A stretch of 64,000 nucleotides of DNA from Verrucomicrobiota bacterium (GTDB taxonomy: Bacteria > Verrucomicrobiota > Verrucomicrobiia > Limisphaerales > AAA164-E04). Each line of letters begins with the position of its first letter. Within the stretch, counting starts at the first letter, position 1. This document shows positions 19,257 to 27,000 of the stretch, piece after piece. The notes under the pieces were generated by a model. That model was given only the letters and a program-made list of their open reading frames with translations. It had not been told where the DNA came from and did not search any database. The position numbers and the translations under genes are program-made. The stretch is from contig CP170459.1 in assembly GCA_047947115.1 (NCBI GenBank), forward strand, positions 2,720,001 through 2,784,000, written 5' to 3'.

Positions 19257-21095
19257 ATGAGCTTTTCAAAATCGACCTTCTTAGGTGCGGCGCTAGGATT
19301 GGGGCTTTCCCAGTTCGCGCAGGATTCAAATGCAGGTCTATTCAAAATAGACTTCGGGCATCTTCAAAACGAAGCTCCCATATTGGAATATGAAATCGAC
19401 TATTTCGATGGGGAAGTTTTTGGTGGACCTGAGGAAATCGATTCCCAGCCGGCAGAGCCTTTGACCGATTGGGATGTGATTCCAACCTTTACCTTTGCCG
19501 ACCCCAATGCGGAAGTGACCGAAGGAAGCGCCAGTCTCATGGGGGAAGCGAACGAAGCCGGCACCGAAGTCACCTGGTCCTTGCGTGATTTTTCCGAATC
19601 GGGCAGCGACAGTGATGTCACCATGACCATTCTGGACAACACGGCATTGCCTCCTGCGATGCTCGGGATGACTGCCAACAACCCAACCCACGAAGGTTTC
19701 AAATATGTGGATTTTGACGGGAACGCCATCCCACTGCCGCAATACCAACATGTCCCGGAAATTATTTATGACGGTGTCCTTGTTCCATTTGTGGTGAAGG
19801 ATGATTATCTCTACCGGAATCCGGACAATGCTGGAACCGAGTCCTTGATGCGTTTTGGAAATCTTGATCCTGGCTTTTACAAGGTCACCGTGTTTGAGGG
19901 GCGAACCACTGATGGCAATGGTCGATTCGGAAAAGTGTGGGCAGGTGATATCAACGGCTCCAACCATCCTGACGAACAGAACACTGGCAATTATGCCGGT
20001 ATCTATGATTCCGGGGAAATCGCCCCACAAGGACAGCCACGCTCCGTGGTGGTTGAAGTCAAGGCTGGCGAATATCTGTGGTTTGCTGAAATGGAGGATA
20101 ACTCCGGTGGCATTAGCGGCATGATCGTTCGTTCTGTTGATTTCCCACCTCCTCCCGCCGATGTGGCCACATCACCCGGTTTGTTCAAGATTGATTTTGG
20201 CCATCATGAAAATGATAAAGAAGGTGTGGAAGCGCTTTCAGATTGGAACGTGATTCCCACCTGGACATTCAGTGATCCCAACAGCGATGTCGCAGAGGGA
20301 AGCTCCAGCCTTGAAGGCACCGCCAATGCCGCTCAAACCGAAGTCACCTGGGCATTGACCGACTTCTCAAATGACAAGAATGCCAACGTGACCATGACTA
20401 TCATGGACAATGCAGCCTTGACAGCAGCCACAGGGCAGCCTCCTGCATTGGGGCAGATCTCCAACAATCCAACGCTCGAAAAATATGAAGGCCATTACGA
20501 TGGGGTTTTCATTCCTGCCATCGTCAAAAACGACTACAACTATCGCAATCCGGATACTGCCGGCTCCGAGCTTTTGATGCGTTTCGATGGACTGAAGCCC
20601 GGGACGTACAACGTGACGGTTTTCGAAGGTCGCACGACAGATGGCAACGGCCGATTCGGTAAAGTCTGGGTGGATGATATGAGTGGCGGCAACGCCCCTG
20701 CTGAACAGAACACCGGAAACTATGCCGGTATGGTCAACCCAGGAAGCGGTGCTGTGATTGCTCCTGCCGGAAACCCTCAGACCGTCACCGTCAATCTTGG
20801 CGAAGGACAGCATCTCTGGTTTGCTGAAATGGAAGACAACTCGGGTGGTATCAGCGGATTGATCATCCGTGGTGTCAGCGGAGGCAGCACCGGCGGTGGT
20901 GATCCCGAGCCGGGAGGTGGCCCTGCCAATGTGGCGATTTCTGCCTCGACGGACAAGGTGACCCTTTCATGGGAGGGTACGGGCGCTCTGCAAAAAGCAG
21001 ATGCCGTGACTGGTCCCTGGAGCAATGTAGCCGGAGCCACCAGTCCATATGAGGCTGCCGCTACCGGGGCGGCAGCATTCTTCCGAGTGCGATAA
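19257..21095 (+). CDS. Secreted acidic protein with a tandemly duplicated unknown domain and a C-terminal FFR-type domain
   Basis: Signal peptide, two copies of GLFKIDFGH...EMEDNSGGISG, Gly/Pro linker and C-terminal ...GPW...SPY...FFRVR. Confidence 0.88.
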   Translation: MSFSKSTFLGAALGLGLSQFAQDSNAGLFKIDFGHLQNEAPILEYEIDYFDGEVFGGPEEIDSQPAEPLTDWDVIPTFTFADPNAEVTEGSASLMGEANEAGTEVTWSLRDFSESGSDSDVTMTILDNTALPPAMLGMTANNPTHEGFKYVDFDGNAIPLPQYQHVPEIIYDGVLVPFVVKDDYLYRNPDNAGTESLMRFGNLDPGFYKVTVFEGRTTDGNGRFGKVWAGDINGSNHPDEQNTGNYAGIYDSGEIAPQGQPRSVVVEVKAGEYLWFAEMEDNSGGISGMIVRSVDFPPPPADVATSPGLFKIDFGHHENDKEGVEALSDWNVIPTWTFSDPNSDVAEGSSSLEGTANAAQTEVTWALTDFSNDKNANVTMTIMDNAALTAATGQPPALGQISNNPTLEKYEGHYDGVFIPAIVKNDYNYRNPDTAGSELLMRFDGLKPGTYNVTVFEGRTTDGNGRFGKVWVDDMSGGNAPAEQNTGNYAGMVNPGSGAVIAPAGNPQTVTVNLGEGQHLWFAEMEDNSGGISGLIIRGVSGGSTGGGDPEPGGGPANVAISASTDKVTLSWEGTGALQKADAVTGPWSNVAGATSPYEAAATGAAAFFRVR

Positions 21096-21120
21096 GACGC
21101 CCCTTATCAACAAATTCATC

Positions 21121-21155
21121 AAAGGTCGGACCGATAGGTCCGACCTTTTTGTTTT
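21121..21155 (+). terminator. Intrinsic terminator
   Basis: Perfect stem AAAGGTCGGACC-GATA-GGTCCGACCTTT followed by TTGTTTT. Confidence 0.85.
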
Positions 21156-21205
21156 CCCGGAGAAGCTGGCAAATTCCCATGGAATTCAGTGCGGAATCAT
21201 TCCGG

Positions 21206-21934
21206 CTATTTTCCTGTCCCCAGTGGATGCCATTGATCCACTGGATTCGGATCTGAAGCATAGGTGGTTTCAAACCTTTCAACGGACGCATGTCCGTCCG
21301 CATATCCATAGACGGATCGATCATCCTTTCCATGCCTGTCTTTGTCGACCGAGGATGTCATGCCCTGATCCCAGAAATGTGCCATGATGTGATCGGCTCC
21401 ATCGGCGACTTCACCTAACAGAATGGTTTCGGTCGGTTGGGGGAGGGAAGTTTGCTTCCTCCATGTCTTGGGACGCCCACGGTAGTCATCGGCTTCTTCC
21501 AGTTCGAAGTAAACATTCAACCCATAACTCCATCGGGCAAGCTTTCCTGCTTTGGGGCATCTGAACACACCGTTGTGAAGTGCTGACATGCCCTCGGATG
21601 ATTGGAGTGCTTCCAGCCCGACATAAGGCCGGACCGTGATTTCCCATGGGGGTTGATGATAGGCGAAGGAAGAGTGCTGACTTCTGGGGAACGTGTCTTC
21701 GAAATCATCGGCATACATACGGATGCCAAGACTCAAATGGCGGATGTTATTAAGACATTGAATCCGTGAGGCACTGGTTTTTGCCTTGCTCAGTGCCGGA
21801 AGCAGCATGCCTGCCAAAATGGCAATAATGGCTATGACGACCAGCAATTCGATGAGTGTGAAACCGGAGCGCACGCACTTTTTATGAAAGCAAGTGCACC
21901 CATTCTGATCGGATTTGAATCGCATTAGATTCAT
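21206..21934 (-). CDS. Prepilin-type N-terminal cleavage/methylation protein with H-X9-DG-like C-terminus (DUF1559-like)
   Basis: [38 protein letters not shown] and RH...YADGH motifs. Confidence 0.92.
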   Translation of the reverse strand: MNLMRFKSDQNGCTCFHKKCVRSGFTLIELLVVIAIIAILAGMLLPALSKAKTSASRIQCLNNIRHLSLGIRMYADDFEDTFPRSQHSSFAYHQPPWEITVRPYVGLEALQSSEGMSALHNGVFRCPKAGKLARWSYGLNVYFELEEADDYRGRPKTWRKQTSLPQPTETILLGEVADGADHIMAHFWDQGMTSSVDKDRHGKDDRSVYGYADGHASVERFETTYASDPNPVDQWHPLGTGK

Positions 21935-22770
21935 TCTGCTTCTTCGTGTGATACCAGGCGAAAGAACATTCCTTGATACGAATGGTCCAGAATAACCGTG
22001 GCGTTTCCATCAATCATCACCGGCGTTTGATGCATGGGTTGCCATTCTCCTGACTCAAGATCTGTGGTCGACTGAAGATGGTAATGCCCGACAGGCTGTG
22101 GCCAACTTAGTACGATTTTCTGTGAAATACCTAATGCCGGAACGACGTCCGAATGCTCGGCTGTCCATAAAAGGGTGAAGGTGATTCCTCCGATGTCTGC
22201 TCGTCGTTTCCCTGAGTCCAGATCCACGACAAAGGCTTCGAAATCAGCCGACAATGGGCCGCTGCCTTGAAGCGCTGCGAAGGCCGGATGAAACATGCGC
22301 ATATCCCATTCGAAGATCTTGCTGGAATCATGTGTGCCGAACATGGGGGTCCAGATTTGTTCGTCATCACTGATGCTTCGATAGGTGTAGGCCTCCAAAC
22401 CGTGATCTGCTGAAACCAATTGGATCCAAATCGCCGTCCCAAGTGGGAGCAGATCGCTGGCTCCGTCCATGACAAAGCCGTATTGTCGATTGAATGCTTT
22501 CCCCTGGTGGTCGGGATCCAGGTCCTCATACCAAGGGGAGGTTGGATGGAAGTGCATGTCGGGATGACTTTCCTCCAAAGGTGTCAAATGGGGAATTTCG
22601 GAAGGCATGGTCACCATCAAGTGACCGTGTTCAGCCATATAACGAATGGCGGGCATGACCATGCCTCCCTGCATGGGGACTGAACCAAGTTGCGTTTCCT
22701 GTGCCTGTAAGTTGACGACAGTTGAAGCCGCAATAAGGGTCGATGTGACGATAAATGTGCTTAAATTCAT
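21931..22770 (-). CDS. Secreted Met/His-rich hypothetical protein with a C-terminal FFR-type domain
   Basis: Signal peptide, MQGGMVM...MAEHGHLM...HPDMHFH, C-terminal LSWP...LQSTTDL...W...FFRL. ATGA overlap with the pilin-like gene. Confidence 0.85.
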   Translation of the reverse strand: MNLSTFIVTSTLIAASTVVNLQAQETQLGSVPMQGGMVMPAIRYMAEHGHLMVTMPSEIPHLTPLEESHPDMHFHPTSPWYEDLDPDHQGKAFNRQYGFVMDGASDLLPLGTAIWIQLVSADHGLEAYTYRSISDDEQIWTPMFGTHDSSKIFEWDMRMFHPAFAALQGSGPLSADFEAFVVDLDSGKRRADIGGITFTLLWTAEHSDVVPALGISQKIVLSWPQPVGHYHLQSTTDLESGEWQPMHQTPVMIDGNATVILDHSYQGMFFRLVSHEEAE

Positions 22771-22920
22771 GTATATTTATGGTTTTGTTTGATTTTTAAT
22801 GGCTTGAAGCCTGCGAGTCCTCGGGTGATGACTGCAGATGTCGCCTCGTGGCCCTACCGATTCAAAGGAGGCCAGGGTACACGAAACTATGTAGAGGCTT
22901 GGTTGCCTCCAATGTGTTGA

Positions 22921-23301
22921 TCACGACAAAACCAAACGGGGAGGGGGAAGGTCGGGAGGCGCGCGTAACGTTGTGAACCCGCGCACCACAGGAGAGGTGT
23001 CTTTCTGGACATTGGGTGCCATCAGAGCAATGGCAGATCCCTGGTGAAAGAGGTCCAGTTTGATGTTGGATTTGAGGAAGTCTTGATGTGATTCCTGTTT
23101 CTTACCTTCCCGGACGAGTCGGCAGATTTCGCAGGAAGTTTCGGAATCAAAAGTTTTTGATATGGCGCTGATCAAGGATCGATCTTGGGAAAAATCCAGG
23201 ATCATGTTCGCCCACCCAATTGTCTGCAACAGCCCCCAATGGCCACCAATACTGATGGTCAGGCTTACGACAACGATGAATCTGGCGAACAAGTGACGCA
23301 C
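22921..23301 (-). CDS. CxxC/RAPP leader protein (DUF2946/CruR/CutF-like)
   Basis: Hydrophobic N-terminus, CEIC, C-terminal LRAPPDLPPPR. Confidence 0.75.
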   Translation of the reverse strand: MRHLFARFIVVVSLTISIGGHWGLLQTIGWANMILDFSQDRSLISAISKTFDSETSCEICRLVREGKKQESHQDFLKSNIKLDLFHQGSAIALMAPNVQKDTSPVVRGFTTLRAPPDLPPPRLVLS

Positions 23302-23403
23302 TTCAGGTGAACACTGCTCCGACCGTCCTGTGTAGTCAAAGGAAATGTTTCAATTGAAGGTTAGTCCGATGCAGGAACTCTTCAAATTCAATCCTCAAGT
23401 TGA

Positions 23404-23715
23404 CTAAGCTGCGCTTAGAGGACGTATGCGTTTTACATCTTTGTGGATCGCTTTGCTGGCGTTCCATAGATCAACTGCTCGTTGTGCGTTTAGCCAGAAT
23501 TCAGGGCTATTGCCAAAAAGTCGCGCAAGCCGCAATGCCATCTCTGGACTTATTGATCGCCGTTCCCGTAAAAGTTCGTTAATGGACTGGCGTGACACGC
23601 CAATCGCATTCGCCAAACCGGAAACGGAAAGTTCGAAATCCGGCAAATAGTCTTCTCGCAACATCTCTCCTGGATGCGTCGGTCGGCGTTTGATTCCTGT
23701 GTTTGCTATTCCCAT
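23404..23715 (-). CDS. higA: HigA family antitoxin (HTH-XRE)
   Basis: PTHPGEMLREDYL, LANAIGVSRQSINE, ISPEMALRLARLFG and FWLNAQ motifs. Confidence 0.93.
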   Translation of the reverse strand: MGIANTGIKRRPTHPGEMLREDYLPDFELSVSGLANAIGVSRQSINELLRERRSISPEMALRLARLFGNSPEFWLNAQRAVDLWNASKAIHKDVKRIRPLSAA

Positions 23716-23728
23716 GGCATCTTTTTTA

Positions 23729-24010
23729 TTAGTGATAATCACAGACTTCTACTTCGTATGCATCACCATCTTTAAATCTGAAACATATCCTCCACTGATC
23801 GTTGATGAAAATGGCATGCTGACCCTTTCTATCCCCGGCAAGGGCATGCAGTCGATTTCCTGGAGGGGAACGCAGATCGTCTAATTTGGATGCCAAGTCC
23901 ACATACTCAAGCTTTCTGCCGGCACGTTTTGCAACATCAGCAGGGAAGCGTTTTGCTTTCCCTGATTCATATAACTCCTTCGTGCGTCGATCAGCAAAGG
24001 TTGTGATCAC
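23729..24010 (-). CDS. higB: HigB (RelE/ParE superfamily) toxin
   Basis: DLRSPPGNRLHALAGDRKGQ, INDQWRICFRF and DYH C-terminus. GTG start at 24010. Confidence 0.93.
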   Translation of the reverse strand: MITTFADRRTKELYESGKAKRFPADVAKRAGRKLEYVDLASKLDDLRSPPGNRLHALAGDRKGQHAIFINDQWRICFRFKDGDAYEVEVCDYH

Positions 24011-24016
24011 TGCCAA

Positions 24017-24044
24017 AGTGTAATGTATGGCGTGACAGTGTCAA
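24017..24044 (-). promoter_or_regulatory. Sigma70-type promoter and operator of higBA
   Basis: TTGACA (24044-24039), 16-nt spacer, TACACT (24022-24017); overlapped by the palindrome TGACAGTGTCA and the imperfect GTAATG-N5-CGTGAC. Confidence 0.7.
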
Positions 24045-24075
24045 TGTTTCCTTCTTTTGAAAAATAGATTTGCCA

Positions 24076-27000
24076 TTACGGCGCTATCGTCCACGGTCCG
24101 TTCACCGTGGGTGCCGTTTCCAGTGGTCCTTCCACCTGGATGAGGATGGTTGTTGGATCTTCTCCAAGGATGATCAGGTTTCGACCACGATAGAATCGGG
24201 CAGCCTCTGTGGCTTCGATGGAGAGTGTGCGAATGCTTGGTCCGACGACGGGTCCGTCGCATTCGTCCGGGATGCCGTTTCCGTCCAGATCATCGACAAA
24301 GCCCAGGGCAATTTCGTCCGCATCGAGGATGCCGTTCATGTTGCAGTCACCACTGCCGAATGGATCGCATTCGTCCGGTTTCATGTCGTCATTCAGATCA
24401 TTGGAAAATCCCGATTGAATGTCGCATCGATCCGGAATGCCGTTGCCGTTGCAATCGGCGACCAGACCTTCGGTAATGGCAAGGATGTCGTTGACCCCGT
24501 CTCCGTCGCAGTCTTCACCGCTCGGAATGCTTACCATGTATTCGCGAATGCTTTGGGTTTCTCCGTTTGCAAAGGTGGCGACTAGGTGGCCGATGCCGGA
24601 TGCGTGCGGTTGGAGTTGGATGCTGCGGAACTCGCCGCTTGCTTCATGTGTGATGGGTGTCGGACCGGATATCAGTTCACCATTTTCATTCACCCACGCA
24701 GTCAACACTGCCGCTTCGTCCGCTCCTTCGATCCATGCAAGGAGATAGGTGTTGATCCCATCGATTTGTAACGGCAGGACATTGATGTCGTTGCCCGGTG
24801 TGAATAGTGTCGTGGATGGCATGGGGGTAAACTGGCCGCTGTCTGCATCCCATTGATGCAAGGTGATCGATTGATCTTCCATGATGCCAGCCGTGATCAG
24901 ATTTCCCTGATGGCCCTGGTGCACGTCGAAGGGTGAGCGAATGTTTGAAAGAGCGAGACTTGGGGACGGCCAAGTCGCTCCATTCCAGTCCAGAGTATAA
25001 AGTTCATTGGCAGGATTGGAGACGCTGAGTTTGGCGGCGATTTCATCCACCGCGTTGAGTTCATAATGGACCCATTCACCGTTTGCGAGCGCCAGATCGG
25101 GTCCCACCCAGACCCCGTTAATAAAGGACATGGTATGGAGGGAACGGTTCCGACCCAGCGGACCTTCATCTGTGATGAAAAATGCCGCCATGGCACCGGT
25201 GCCGATGGATGTCAGGTCCAATTGATAAATGGCGTCTTCGGAGGACATCAATTCCACGGGGGTGCTCCATTGTCGACCGGAAGGATCCGATTGCAGTGAT
25301 TTCAAAACCGTCGAGGGGTAGGGGGTGAGGATATCGGTGTCTTCCAGTTCGCTCCAGACGACCAACCATGAACCGTCTGCAAGTTGTTCGGAAGCGACGG
25401 AGACCATGCCATGGGACCGGGCGAGTTCCTGGGGTGCCTGCCATCCATTGTCAGTCATTTGACTCATCAGGAGGGTCATTTCACCTGTTTCTGGATCGGT
25501 GCCGGTGTAGACCAGAGAGGTGCCGTTTCCTGATGAAAAGTCCATGTGACCCGCATCATAGAAATCCTTCACGAGTGTTCCACCCGTGCCGACGAATTGT
25601 GACGGCAGGGCGGTCATGGGAGTGATGATGATGGATGAGGTGTTTAATGGAGTTAAATCAAAGGTCGGCACGGAAGCACGTTCGATGTTGAAAGTAAGCA
25701 GGTCGTATTGCCAGGATTTGCTGATACTGGTGACGTACAGGTTTAACTTGGCTGAGAAGACAAAACTGATGGCTCCTGTGATTTTCTTGACGAGAGGTTG
25801 TCGCCCCAGATCGTTGATATCGATAAACACTCCGTCCACATCCGACTGTCCTTTTGGGGCTCCGAGTTGAACCTTGCCAGATGCAGTGAGTGAATTATTG
25901 GCGATGCTTCCCTTGAGTCCCAACGCTACCCGGACGATTAATTTCTTCTCATTGGAGATCTTGGTGTTGTCCTTGATATCGGTGGCCACGTCATTGACCG
26001 TGCCAATCATGTTGTATCCGGGCGTGGTGGGGGGCGGATCGTTCCGGCCTGTCGTGGCCCCGAGATCGCGTCCTTTGGGGATGCTGTGCTCGAACTTGAC
26101 GGTCACCTTGGCACCCGTGGTCACTTCAAAAAATGCTTCCAGGCTGAGTGCGGTATAACCAAAAATATCCTCGATGGCTTCATTGAGTTCCTGAATGGGC
26201 TTACCGTATGGCAGCAGTTCGATGACGGGGGTAATATCGACACCGACACCCAGGTCAACGGTTCCCTGAGCTTCGAGGATGCCTGTGGACATGGACAGGC
26301 GATTCACGCCGGCGCTTCCTGAGTCAAAGGTCTGGCAGTTGGCGAACTTTGCGGAGATGCTCACCTTGGGCCCGCTGAAATTCACTCGATCACCGACGAG
26401 TTCCTTTGCTCGGGCCGCCAGTTTGGGAATGTATTTGTCCTTGGATCTTTCTTTGTCAATTTCGGCTTCATTGGCAAGAACGACCGCAATACATGCCTGA
26501 TTATCGCCCCCGGAAACCTCAAATTCTGCATCCACTCCCGCACCGCTGATCTTTAAGCCCATATATTTTGCAGCAAGCGACATCGGACCCCGCTGAGGGC
26601 TGTCTTCGCCGATGGGGAGTTCGATGCCCAGTACGTATTTGTAGGTTATATAGAGATTGTCTGCCAATAGATCCTCGGTGGGATTGAAGACATACCGGCT
26701 TTCGCTATCAGGCGCGGTGTTGATGGGCACCACCCCGATACGTGCTTCTATTTTTCCGGATTGAGCCAGTTTCAGGAATCGATCCCCAAAATTCTTGTTC
26801 AGTTCGCCGGTTCCTTGTCTTTGGGTGGTAGCTTGGGCTTCCTCGTCCTCATCCTCTTCAGGAGCACCAACGCTTGGAAGTGTGGATGCGGCTCCGACAA
26901 CTTCCAGAATGTTGGCAGCCCAACGTGGCATGGTCATCCCTCTCAACGGGGCGGCTTTTTTGGGACCATCGTCGCCGGGGACATCCGGTAGCTCATAATC

